From NCBI RefSeq assembly GCF_000039765.1, contig NC_004460.2:1110001-1142000 (forward strand): a DNA stretch of 32,000 nucleotides. The letters run 5' to 3'. The translations under genes and the position numbers were made by a program. The notes beneath the pieces are model-generated. The model was not told the DNA's origin. It saw nothing but the letters and a program-made list of their open reading frames with translations, and ran no database searches. The stretch is from Vibrio vulnificus CMCP6 (GTDB lineage: Bacteria > Pseudomonadota > Gammaproteobacteria > Enterobacterales > Vibrionaceae). This document shows positions 19,084 through 27,753 of the stretch, one piece after another; the first letter of the stretch is position 1, and each line of letters starts with the position of its first letter.

Positions 19084-20019
19084 TCAGCACGCCAACTGCC
19101 CATTTAGCCATTCAATAAACGCCGCGTTTTTTGGCCTGTGTTGTTGGCCGTTTAAACAAATCAAATCGTACCCTCTCCCTGCGTGGACGCGTTCAAAAGG
19201 CGCGACGAGCTCTCCCTTTTCCAAACTGGCTTGCACCAAAGATGCCCGTGCCATTGCGATGCCCATGCTGTTTTTGGCGGCAATCATCGCCATATCGGCA
19301 TGGTTAAAAAGGTAGGTTTTCTCCATCACATTAAGCGATTTCAACTCAGGGTTGCTTTGGCTTGCTAACCAGCTCTGCCATTCATGATTTGGCTCATTTG
19401 CTTCTAGTGATTCGGTGCAATGGATAAAAGTCACGGCTTCAAATTGGCTGACACTACTCATGCCATCGGAGAAATGTATTTGGCTGTATTCAGGGCTACA
19501 AACTGGCATCAACTCTTCATTAAATAACCTTTGATGACGGAAACCCGGATGCTCGCTGTCACTGTAGTAAATCGCAATATCAACGGGCTCATGTAAGAAA
19601 TCTAATCGGCTTGCCTTTACTCGAAGCTTGATATTGAGAGAAGGATACAAACGCTGAAATTCCACCATACGCGGCAGTAACCAACTCTGTGCAAACGTGG
19701 GGGCCACGCCAATGTAAAGCTCGCCACGAAGCTCGTTGAATTTGATGTCTTCAAGCTCAGAGAAAATCACCTCAAACGATTGGTTAAGCGCGTGCAGCAA
19801 TCGCTCTCCTTCTTTGGTCAGCTCTAATCGCCGCGTCATGCGCACAAACAAGCTGAACCCCAATTGTTCTTCCAGTGACTTAATGCGCTGGCTCACTGCC
19901 CCTTGGGTAATAAACAACTCTTCAGCGGCTTTGGTAAAACTGAGACACTTACCAGCAACGGCGAAAGTGTACATATTGGAGAGCATCTGCTGTTTTCTGT
20001 CCATCTTGGCACTCAACAT
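19084..20019 (-). CDS. LysR-family transcriptional regulator
   Basis: wHTH YTFAVAGKCLSFTKAAEELFITQGAVSQRIKSLEEQLGFSLFVR. Divergent from the GH4 gene. Alternative start at Met6 (20004). Confidence 0.88.
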   Translation of the reverse strand: MLSAKMDRKQQMLSNMYTFAVAGKCLSFTKAAEELFITQGAVSQRIKSLEEQLGFSLFVRMTRRLELTKEGERLLHALNQSFEVIFSELEDIKFNELRGELYIGVAPTFAQSWLLPRMVEFQRLYPSLNIKLRVKASRLDFLHEPVDIAIYYSDSEHPGFRHQRLFNEELMPVCSPEYSQIHFSDGMSSVSQFEAVTFIHCTESLEANEPNHEWQSWLASQSNPELKSLNVMEKTYLFNHADMAMIAAKNSMGIAMARASLVQASLEKGELVAPFERVHAGRGYDLICLNGQQHRPKNAAFIEWLNGQLAC

Positions 20020-20119
20020 AAATTAGAAAGGCTAATGCATAGCAAGTTTAAATTGGTTTGTATAGCGAATCACGATGCTTTTAAATCAAACTGTCTTATC
20101 CATAACGAGAAACAGCACG

Positions 20120-21433
20120 ATGAAAAAGAATCTAAAAATTACCATTATTGGCGCAGGATCCAGTTACACGCCAGAGCTTATCGAAGGTCTTATCAAGCGC
20201 AATCATGAACTGCCTATCGGCGAGTTGTGGTTGGTCGATATTGAAGATGGCAAAGAGAAAGTCAGCATCATTGGCGATTTAACGCGCCGAATGTTGGCGA
20301 AAAACAACCTGTCTCATATTGATGTTCACGTCACGCTGGAGCGCAAACCCGCATTAAAAGACGCCGATTTTGTCTGTTCTCAATTTCGCGCGGGTTGTTT
20401 GGAAGGTCGTATCCGCGATGAACGCATCTCGCTTAAATACGGCATGATCGGTCAGGAAACCAACGGGTTAGGCGGTTTTGCTAATGCCTGTCGCACCATT
20501 CCTATCGCGCTAGAAATCTGTAAAGAGATGGAAGAATTGTGTCCTGACGCTTGGCTGTTGAACTTCACTAACCCATCGGGCATGGTGACCGAAGCGATTC
20601 TCAAACACACCAAAGTAAAAGCGGTCGGTTTATGCAACGTGCCAGTGATCATGCAAAAAGGCATCGCGCAAATGCTGGGGGCTGACGAGAAAGACTTTGT
20701 ATTGCAAGTCGCGGGTTTGAACCACTTTATCTGGGCGCGTCAGATCCTGCATGAAGGTCGCGATAAGCTGCAAGAGGTAGTCGAAGAGATCTTATCGGGC
20801 AACGATCCTCTCGTTCCGCAAAACATTCCTCCATTCGAATGGCCGCAAGAGCTGCTGCGCAATATGGGGATGATCCCGTGTGCTTACCTTCGCTATTACT
20901 ACACTAGCGAAGACATCATGAAGCAGGAAATTGAAGAAGCGAACGGCGAAGGCACACGCGGCGAAGTGGTCAAAGCGATGGAGAAACGTCTGTTCGATAT
21001 CTACCGCAACCCAGAGCTTAACGAGAAACCAAAAGAGCTCGAAAAGCGCGGTGGCCAATATTACTCAGAAGCGGCGTGTGAGCTGATGAGCTCTATCTAC
21101 AATGACAAACGCACCATCATGCACGTGAACACTCGCAACAACGGCGCGATTGCGGGCTTGCCGGACGACTGCACTGTGGAAGTCAGCTGTATGATCACCA
21201 AATCAGGGCCCGTTGCTTTGAATGTTGCGCCGTTCCCAACAGATACACTGCGCCTGATTCAATTGATGAAGGATTTTGAATCGCTCACTGTAGAAGCCGC
21301 GGTCACTGGCAACCGCAATGCGGCTCACCGAGCGTTGATTCTCAACCCATTGGTCACAACGGGAACGATTCTAGAGCAGGCATTGGAAGAGACCATTCAA
21401 GCGAACCTCGATTACATGCCGCAGTTTCGTTAA
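20120..21433 (+). CDS. Glycoside hydrolase family 4 6-phospho-beta-glucosidase (ChbF/CelF-like, NAD+/Mn2+-dependent)
   Basis: N-terminal Rossmann KITIIGAGSSYTPELIEGL and GH4-typical ...NFTNPSGMVTEA...GLCNVP...GLNHF... The start MKKNLKI at 20120 is preferred over the track start at 20075. Confidence 0.9.
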   Translation: MKKNLKITIIGAGSSYTPELIEGLIKRNHELPIGELWLVDIEDGKEKVSIIGDLTRRMLAKNNLSHIDVHVTLERKPALKDADFVCSQFRAGCLEGRIRDERISLKYGMIGQETNGLGGFANACRTIPIALEICKEMEELCPDAWLLNFTNPSGMVTEAILKHTKVKAVGLCNVPVIMQKGIAQMLGADEKDFVLQVAGLNHFIWARQILHEGRDKLQEVVEEILSGNDPLVPQNIPPFEWPQELLRNMGMIPCAYLRYYYTSEDIMKQEIEEANGEGTRGEVVKAMEKRLFDIYRNPELNEKPKELEKRGGQYYSEAACELMSSIYNDKRTIMHVNTRNNGAIAGLPDDCTVEVSCMITKSGPVALNVAPFPTDTLRLIQLMKDFESLTVEAAVTGNRNAAHRALILNPLVTTGTILEQALEETIQANLDYMPQFR

Positions 21434-21457
21434 TCCTTAAAAGTGATTCCTTAAAAT

Positions 21458-21486
21458 AAAGGGGGATGGTTAGCGCCATCCCCCTT
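21458..21486. terminator. Hairpin terminator between convergent genes (U-run better on the minus strand)
   Basis: aaaGGGGGATGG-ttagcg-CCATCCCCCtt: a 9 bp stem. Confidence 0.75.
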
Positions 21487-21516
21487 AAAAAATCTGACTG
21501 CAACAAGCCACTAAGC

Positions 21517-22116
21517 CTAAACCGGCTGACTCAGCATAAACACCACCACTAACGCGAGGCTGCTGCCCATGCATCGGTTTACCCACACCACCTTTTGTGG
21601 TGACTGGATAAAGCGGTTCAATACGGTGCCAAAATAGGCCCACACAAACATCCCTAACACACCGGTTCCTACCATCACGCTGATAATGATCACCACCTGA
21701 GTCAGGTAATCATTGTTTGGCGAGATAAATTGAGAGAACACCGTCAGCGATGCGACCCAACTTTTCGGATTCAAAATTTGCACCCACACTCCAGACAAAA
21801 AACCAGACTTTTTCGCATTCGAATCATTATCGATCTCCATATTGGCAATCGACCATGCCAGATACAGCAAATACGCCGCACCAACCCACTTTAGTGCCGT
21901 GTACAAATCTGGGTAAAGGGTAAACAAACTGACGAGCCCCACACTGGCACCAACCAACATGATGATCACCCCGACAGCATTGCCCAGCACAAACGGCACG
22001 GTCGCAGAAAATCCGTATCGGCTTGAAATGCCTAACAGCGCCACATTGCCCGCTCCCGGCGTCAATGAAATAGAAACGGCAAACAACAAAAACGCCGCCA
22101 ACAACTGAGCACTCAT
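21517..22116 (-). CDS. LysE/RhtB-family amino-acid exporter
   Basis: N-terminus MSAQLLAAFLLFAVSISLTPGAGN (the LysE signature 'PGP/A.N'), 6 TM helices and about 200 aa. The start at 22116 has a GGAGAG SD. Confidence 0.88.
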   Translation of the reverse strand: MSAQLLAAFLLFAVSISLTPGAGNVALLGISSRYGFSATVPFVLGNAVGVIIMLVGASVGLVSLFTLYPDLYTALKWVGAAYLLYLAWSIANMEIDNDSNAKKSGFLSGVWVQILNPKSWVASLTVFSQFISPNNDYLTQVVIIISVMVGTGVLGMFVWAYFGTVLNRFIQSPQKVVWVNRCMGSSLALVVVFMLSQPV

Positions 22117-22237
22117 GCACTCTCTCCCCAAAAAGTCGTGATTTAATATGAAAACAGTCTAACGATTTGGCTAGAAATAAAATTGCTATCTGCGCTACGA
22201 TAAACGCCAATTTGAGCAGACTATTTCCAAAAGTATT

Positions 22238-22720
22238 ATGAAAAAGAAAGAATCCACCAACTTCGAATTGGACAATACCGATTTCGCCATTCTTGATCAT
22301 ATTCAGAAAGATGGACGCATAAGCAATTCCAAACTCGCCGAAACCCTCAACTTGAGCGAGACACCCTGTTGGCGACGTTGGAAAAAAATGGAAGAGGAAG
22401 GCTACATTGAGGGCTACGCCGCGAAACTCAATCGCAAGAAACTCGGCTTTCAAGTTTCGGGGTTTACGCTGGTCACTCTAGGCAGCCATGAAGTGGAAAA
22501 CACCACACCTTTTGAAGACTTCGTCGCGGAAACCGACTGGATCTTAATGTGTCACTGCATTGCAGGCAGCGCAGATTACATGGTGCAAGTGGTAGCAAGA
22601 GACTTAGACGAATACTTTGACCGCATCAGTGCCATTCGCCGTGTAAAAGGCATCAGCGCCATTCAATCCAACGTCTCCGTTAAGGAAATCAAGAGCACCT
22701 TCCAGTTGCCATTGGAGTGA
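22238..22720 (+). CDS. Lrp/AsnC-family transcriptional regulator
   Basis: LDNTDFAILDHIQKDGRISNSKLAETLNLSETPCWRRWKKMEEEGYI (HTH_AsnC) plus a RAM domain. Divergent from the LysE exporter, which is the classical pairing. Confidence 0.9.
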   Translation: MKKKESTNFELDNTDFAILDHIQKDGRISNSKLAETLNLSETPCWRRWKKMEEEGYIEGYAAKLNRKKLGFQVSGFTLVTLGSHEVENTTPFEDFVAETDWILMCHCIAGSADYMVQVVARDLDEYFDRISAIRRVKGISAIQSNVSVKEIKSTFQLPLE

Positions 22721-22743
22721 GACGACGAAGGAGACTGCGCTCG

Positions 22744-23559
22744 CTATCTCCGTCGGCCTGTCACGCGAAACTGCTGTGGGGTAACATCAAAATAGGCTTT
22801 AAATGCCTTGATGTAGGATGAGTCGTTCTGATAGCCCACTTGATCGGCAATGCTTTGAATAGAGAGTTCTTCATCTAACAAAGAGAGCGAATAGATCAGC
22901 CGAATTTGCTGTCGCCACAACTGAAACGATGTGTTGAACTCTTTGGCAAACAAGCGCGACAAAGTGCGCTCCGACGCGCCGACTTTCTCACCCCACTGTT
23001 TGAGCGACCAATCCAATGCTGGCTTGTCGGTCAACGCTTCAAATATCAGCTTTAAGCGCCGATCTTCTGGCAGCAGCAACTGAAACGTCTGCACGTTGTC
23101 TTTCATGATTTGATCATGCAGCACCGCCAGCAAGCGCGACACTTCCCCTTCACTCACAACCCCTTCGCACTGGCGGCGAATTTCCTGTAGCAGCTCATTT
23201 AAAAAAGGCGTGAGCGTAATGGTTCGCACTTGATGCTTATACTCGGTTCCAAAAGTCGGATTGAGGTAGATACCAACAAACGTGGTATGACTTAGCGCGA
23301 TAGATTCATGTTGAATGCCCGCAGGCACAAACAGCGCAGAGGTATGGGGCACAAGGTGCTGGTAGTGATCGGTTTGGGTTTGCAGAAGCCCTTTGATCGG
23401 GAAAATGACTTGATGCCAAGTATGTTGGTGCATCGCATCTATGTAACCTTTGGGCATGTCTATGGTTTTAACCAGCGCAGGTGAGTGAGGATTCGCGGCC
23501 ATCATCTCATTAGACGTCATCACACCGGAGTGAGAATCGATTTGGCGGGTTGGCATCAT
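22744..23559 (-). CDS. AraC-family transcriptional regulator (cupin N-domain)
   Basis: C-terminal HTH_18 (...WSLKQWGEKVGASERTLSRLFAKEF...GYQNDSSYIKAFKAYFDVTPQQF). AAGGA SD. Confidence 0.88.
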   Translation of the reverse strand: MMPTRQIDSHSGVMTSNEMMAANPHSPALVKTIDMPKGYIDAMHQHTWHQVIFPIKGLLQTQTDHYQHLVPHTSALFVPAGIQHESIALSHTTFVGIYLNPTFGTEYKHQVRTITLTPFLNELLQEIRRQCEGVVSEGEVSRLLAVLHDQIMKDNVQTFQLLLPEDRRLKLIFEALTDKPALDWSLKQWGEKVGASERTLSRLFAKEFNTSFQLWRQQIRLIYSLSLLDEELSIQSIADQVGYQNDSSYIKAFKAYFDVTPQQFRVTGRRR

Positions 23560-23643
23560 TAACTGTCCTTACATCCCTACTCTGACACAAGTTCACTAGG
23601 CTATCATGCTCGGCAAAGTGAATGAAGCCGTGAGGTGCGACGT

Positions 23644-23886
23644 ATGCGATATCAAGTTGAAATATCCAAAGAAAACCAGCTCTTATTCAAAGTCGATATT
23701 GATAACATCAACCCAGCCAAGTGCGAAACATCGCTCGAAACCGTATTGGCTAAGTTTCCAAAAACGGAAGGGTATCAACGCCATGTGTTGGTTTCAGATA
23801 GCGAAACACGCTACTTAAAAAGCACAGAAAAGCGCATTGAAGTACTGGCAGCGATTCCGGTATTTGCCTCATTGGGCGAGCGTTAA
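23644..23886 (+). CDS. Small hypothetical protein (80 aa) upstream of the MOSC gene
   Basis: ORF with TGAGG 8 nt before ATG 23644. No recognisable motif. Confidence 0.45.
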   Translation: MRYQVEISKENQLLFKVDIDNINPAKCETSLETVLAKFPKTEGYQRHVLVSDSETRYLKSTEKRIEVLAAIPVFASLGER

Positions 23887-23931
23887 CCTCGGGTTTGTTG
23901 CCCAATCCGTTTCACGCAATAAGGAAAGAAT

Positions 23932-24621
23932 ATGAAGAAGTTAGGCGTCGTTAACAGCGTATTAGCAGGAAAAACCGTTGCCTTTGCGCATGGTACGAAA
24001 AGTGCGATTAACAAACAGGTTATCTCACAGCGTCTGCACGCAACTGAACTGGGTTTCACCAATGACGAGCAAGGCGATCCGCGCTTTCATGGCGGCATTC
24101 AAAAAGCCCTTCATATTTACCCAAGCGAGCACTACCCAGTTTGGCAGCAAGAACTGGGTAACAAAGCAATTTTCCAATCCGCTGGCGCGTTTGGTGAGAA
24201 CCTCAGTTCCAGCGGTGTGACGGAAGCGTTCATTTGTTTGAAAGATAAGATCCGCATCGGCACAACCTTGCTAGAAGTGTCGCAAGGGCGCATGCCTTGT
24301 TGGAAACTCAACGTACGCTTTGAGCAAAACGACATGGCAAGAAGGCTACAAGACACGCTTCGAACGGGTTGGTATTTCCGAGTGTTAGAAGAAGGCGATA
24401 TCGGCGCAGGTGACGAGATTATTCTGTGTGAAAGACCTTATCCACACTGGTCCCTAGCTCGCATCATGGGCGCGGTGTTTACTGGCTGCCTGGATAAAGC
24501 TGAGCTTAGCCAACTGGCAGAACTGCCATTGGTTGAATCTTGGGGCAAACTTGTCGAACGCCGCCTAGAGACCGGCGAAGTCGAAGATTGGAAAATGCGC
24601 TTAGTTGGCCCAACAGCCTAG
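23932..24621 (+). CDS. MOSC-domain protein (YiiM-like)
   Basis: ...DEQGDPRFHGG...ALHIYPSEHY...GAFGENL...GRMPCWKLN... is typical of YiiM-type MOSC proteins with the 3-alpha C-domain. AAGGAAAG SD. Confidence 0.87.
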   Translation: MKKLGVVNSVLAGKTVAFAHGTKSAINKQVISQRLHATELGFTNDEQGDPRFHGGIQKALHIYPSEHYPVWQQELGNKAIFQSAGAFGENLSSSGVTEAFICLKDKIRIGTTLLEVSQGRMPCWKLNVRFEQNDMARRLQDTLRTGWYFRVLEEGDIGAGDEIILCERPYPHWSLARIMGAVFTGCLDKAELSQLAELPLVESWGKLVERRLETGEVEDWKMRLVGPTA

Positions 24622-24732
24622 CCAATTAGATAAACAGCAGGATGAAAGCTCGAAGCAAGCGAGCCTTCATTGATGAGGGGCCAAGGGAGAGAGACTAAAA
24701 TGTTTTTGGATAAATCTGAGCTAGCCTCACCA

Positions 24733-24770
24733 GCTAGCTCGAAGTTGGACAGAAACGCTTTAGGGTAGTG
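24733..24770 (+). repeat. Islet-boundary direct repeat, copy A
   Basis: GCTAGCTCGAAGTTGGACAGAAACGCTTTAGGGTAGTG matches copy C (28118-28155) at 28 of 38 positions without gaps (hand alignment). Confidence 0.6.
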
Positions 24771-24878
24771 GCACTAAGTCGCTCTTGTCCCTGATTGAGC
24801 TGAAAATCCAAGTGATATCAAGCTCATCTTGAACAATTCAAAATAATACACTCCCGATCTGCGATTAGAAGCAGCGTG

Positions 24879-26024
24879 TCAGCAGGTTAGCTCGCCAGAC
24901 TGCCTGAATCGTTCGAAACGATCCTTTACCAAGTTGCGGTAATCCGGATACTCACTGAAGTAGCGCACAATTTCCTCTGCTTCTCTTCCTGAGTGGCACA
25001 GTTCACGCTGTACATAGGTAAATATGTTTATGAACCTTACAAGGCTGATTTCATCTACAAGAGAATCAGCTTCAGAAAATGGAACATACAAGATAGCGAT
25101 ATTACTTTTAAACTCATCTGCTGATAATAAATCTCCTTCCTTAAGGCGCTTAAATCTTGCTTTTATGGCATTGGTATCAGGGTCAACCATCCAAAGCTTG
25201 AGTTCCTTCTCGTCTAATAAAGCCTCCTGCTGATAACGACAGTAGCTTTCATCTGTACGCTGAGCAGCCAGAATATCTCTGTATAACTGTATCCACGTTA
25301 TACGATCCTTTTGGTACTTATGCTTGGCCCAGTGATTTTTTAAGCGTTTAAGGAACACCTCCATAGAAGGAACAACCAAAGTTTTACCCTGTTTTTCAGC
25401 TAGCTTTGGCAGATAATTACTCAATGTAGGAGAAGGCTGATGCGATAGCTCCATCATTAAGTCAAACAAAGCAGCCCAGTACATCACAAGTTTGATTACA
25501 TATTCAGTTACCTGTTCATTTGGCGGCTCTGGGAGTTGCAAACTATCTATAAGCAGCCAGTCTCTTACAAATTTTTGAGTTACCTCGTGGTTGTTTTTTT
25601 CATCGCTACCTTTGAGACACAAATACTCGATCTCGCAATGAGCCAGAAGGAAACTAAAAAACTCATCTAGTTCAAACCTGCCGTATTCATGATGAGCCTT
25701 TCTGAATGATGCGACCGCTACCTTCATCCCGAACCACGCACCTAAGTGCCTAAGTTCATAACCCTCGACTTCACTCAAATAACTGTCGACGTCAAATCCC
25801 TTTAGACGACATTCTGCCATCAGTTCCCGCATGAGTTTCTCTAAATCTCCGTTACGATAGTCCCTGAACATCTGCTGATCATGAGTAATGTTGGGATCTT
25901 TTTTCAGCATTCTCATTAGTTTGACGAATGCGTCGGATCCTGACTTTATATCTTTAGTTGATACCCGAAAGAATCCGGGAAGACCGTTAAATAGAATTCC
26001 TCGGTCAGAAAGTTCGGTAAACAT
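24879..26024 (-). CDS. Hypothetical protein, 381 aa, predicted soluble and mostly helical, no recognisable domain
   Basis: A long clean ORF in an AT-rich islet. I could find no P-loop, TM segment, HTH or nuclease motif. The SD is poor (AGGGA 14 nt upstream). Confidence 0.7.
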   Translation of the reverse strand: MFTELSDRGILFNGLPGFFRVSTKDIKSGSDAFVKLMRMLKKDPNITHDQQMFRDYRNGDLEKLMRELMAECRLKGFDVDSYLSEVEGYELRHLGAWFGMKVAVASFRKAHHEYGRFELDEFFSFLLAHCEIEYLCLKGSDEKNNHEVTQKFVRDWLLIDSLQLPEPPNEQVTEYVIKLVMYWAALFDLMMELSHQPSPTLSNYLPKLAEKQGKTLVVPSMEVFLKRLKNHWAKHKYQKDRITWIQLYRDILAAQRTDESYCRYQQEALLDEKELKLWMVDPDTNAIKARFKRLKEGDLLSADEFKSNIAILYVPFSEADSLVDEISLVRFINIFTYVQRELCHSGREAEEIVRYFSEYPDYRNLVKDRFERFRQSGELTC

Positions 26025-26144
26025 ATTTCAGTGAAATGTCCCTTTTTACATGTCTGTACTGAGTGAGAATACCGCCTGAACAAGCGAAATAGAACCTTGC
26101 TTATCATTTTCTCTTAACAAAAACAGTAACATGAGGAAGGTATA

Positions 26145-26897
26145 ATGACGGAAAACATACTAAAAACCATACAAAGTGGCGCACAAGCACTTTCATTACT
26201 AAGTAAGGTACGTTGTGTAGAAAGCTATTCGTTTTCATCTGGAGAAAAAGCGAAAAACTTATATTCATGGCCTACAGAATTTGAAAAAGATAATATAGTT
26301 TCCAGTGTACTCGAACAAAATGGAAAAACTTTGGGGAACTACTGTAGAGTTAAATCCTATCCAGTCTCTTACACCCAGTATAAAAACTATCTACCTGTTT
26401 ATGCACCGGAAATTATCAGTATTCGAGTTTCACGCTGTCTACTGGATGTATATAAACTTCTGTTCAAAATAAACACTATCACAAAAATTACGGCGGTTTG
26501 GGACAGTGTGAAGTATCCAATGCGAACATACCCTAAATCTATGTCTGACATGGATGGTTTAAAAGAGTTTGCCGGATACCGAGATGCGATGCTTGTTTTC
26601 GATTTCGGTAACGAAAAATACAGTACAAAGCTTCCAGCATTTGCATACCGAGCATTATTGGTAGCATCAGAGGTATTTAAAACCTTTTCTATTTCTTATG
26701 ACGACAGAAGTCATTTCATTGGTAACGTCACAGATAAGGCTGGGAGAAGTAAAAGATACCTCGTACACTACGGTAATAAGGGATACCTGTTTGAAGCAAT
26801 TAATGAAACCTCTGATTCAGTCGATAAACTGGTTGGCTGTGACAAATGGGTCGAAGTTCTGAAAAAAGACGGCTGGAAGTTTTACAACGATAAGTAA
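26145..26897 (+). CDS. Hypothetical protein, 250 aa, no recognisable domain
   Basis: Clean ORF with a strong SD (GAGGAAGG 4 nt before ATG). Hand-counted samples give about 38% GC. Divergent from the 381 aa gene. Confidence 0.72.
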   Translation: MTENILKTIQSGAQALSLLSKVRCVESYSFSSGEKAKNLYSWPTEFEKDNIVSSVLEQNGKTLGNYCRVKSYPVSYTQYKNYLPVYAPEIISIRVSRCLLDVYKLLFKINTITKITAVWDSVKYPMRTYPKSMSDMDGLKEFAGYRDAMLVFDFGNEKYSTKLPAFAYRALLVASEVFKTFSISYDDRSHFIGNVTDKAGRSKRYLVHYGNKGYLFEAINETSDSVDKLVGCDKWVEVLKKDGWKFYNDK

Positions 26898-27295
26898 TCT
26901 GGCACTGCAATGCAGCAGCCTTAATAGTTTGAGGTATTAGCATTCACTTCAAATCGAAATGGCAGTTGCAGTGACCCTTTGCAATAGGCAAGGCAATTAG
27001 ATTGCTAACACTAAATTGCTTCTGCCCCCAAGCTAGGCATCTGAGACGCCTCTGGACAAATTCGTGTTACCAATGGCGTCAGTCGTGACTCTGCACGCAT
27101 GACCCAAAGTATGGAAAAACTCTATATACATGGCCAGTTTTAGTTAATCACTACAGTAGGTTAAAAAATAGAAATAAGACGGCCTATTCGAACTAGTTGG
27201 CTAAATTAGTAAGACCCCACTTTCATAGACACTATGCTGGTTAGAAGAAGTAGGTCAAACCACCTCACTGTTCTTTGTGAGGTTGAACGTACTGG

Positions 27296-27316
27296 CAAGG
27301 AATGGGGCAGTAATAT
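27296..27316 (+). repeat. Islet-internal direct repeat, copy B
   Basis: CAAGGAATGGGGCAGTAATAT shares an identical 12-mer GGAATGGGGCAG (27299-27310) with copy C (28126-28137), and 17 of 21 positions overall. Confidence 0.5.
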
Positions 27317-27360
27317 GTTACCGATTAACTGTTCACGATTTTCATTCCGAGCAGAGCTTA

Positions 27361-27753
27361 TTAAGCTCGCCCAAAAGCTTTGAGAAAGTTCTTGGGGTGT
27401 TGGTGAAACCTTACATGCTCAATGTGATTAACCCTCCTCTTTCCCTTAAAGGGTGGAGCAATGTATCCCCAATTAGCGCATCTTGAGAAGTATATTACGT
27501 AGTCAATCTGTGCATCCTGCCATTGGTCGGTAACAACGGTGTTTTCATCGAAGCACTCTACCGACTTTACTTGAATGCGGTAGAATTTGCTCCCGTCAGA
27601 AATAAGTACATCTGTCTTCATACCATGATCGATCATGGGCATAAAGACTTCCCAGCCGTCTTGTAATAGCCAGCTTGCTAATAGGGTTTCGTAAGAGACA
27701 CTTTTATAGTGCTTTTTTGCTTCTGAAGAAGAGTGAAGTGTTTTTAAAGGCAT
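27361..27753 (-). CDS. Small PD-(D/E)xK-superfamily nuclease-like protein (130 aa)
   Basis: Pattern ...SYETLLASWLLQDGWEVFMPMIDHGMKTDVLISDGSKFYRIQVKS... = E...(P)-D...D-x(12)-Q-V-K, as in small Hjc-type or intron-associated PD-(D/E)xK endonucleases. AGGA SD. Confidence 0.6.
   Translation of the reverse strand: MPLKTLHSSSEAKKHYKSVSYETLLASWLLQDGWEVFMPMIDHGMKTDVLISDGSKFYRIQVKSVECFDENTVVTDQWQDAQIDYVIYFSRCANWGYIAPPFKGKRRVNHIEHVRFHQHPKNFLKAFGRA

Noticed and set aside
21827-22453. 208 aa ORF on the minus strand spanning the LysE 5' end, the intergenic region and the Lrp/AsnC 5' end
   Set aside because: It overlaps two well-supported genes and their shared promoter region. It has no recognisable motif or RBS, and its composition is low-complexity. 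It is an out-of-frame/antisense artefact.
24718-24741. Perfect 8 bp hairpin GAGCTAGC-ctcacca-GCTAGCTC at the left islet edge, considered as a terminator
   Set aside because: No U-run follows on either strand, so it is not a convincing intrinsic terminator. Its second arm forms the start of repeat copy A. It is folded into the repeat finding rather than called separately.
24879-26024. Possible HEPN (R-x4-6-H) or P-loop motifs in the 381 aa ORFan
   Set aside because: The R...H pairs present (RELCH, RKAHH, RLKNH) have 2-3 residue spacing, not 4-6. No GxxxxGK[ST] motif is present. No call was made.
27180-27200. tRNA-like T-arm fragment (…GGCCTATTCGAACTAG…) that could mark a tRNA-derived att site
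   Set aside because: It only loosely resembles GGTTCGAATCC. No acceptor stem or adjacent tRNA structure is present, and it does not coincide with the repeat copies.
27277-27486. 69 aa plus-strand ORF overlapping the 3' end of the nuclease-like gene
   Set aside because: It has no RBS and a non-ATG start. It overlaps a better-supported minus-strand ORF, and its hydrophobic/Ser-rich product is typical of an antisense frame.
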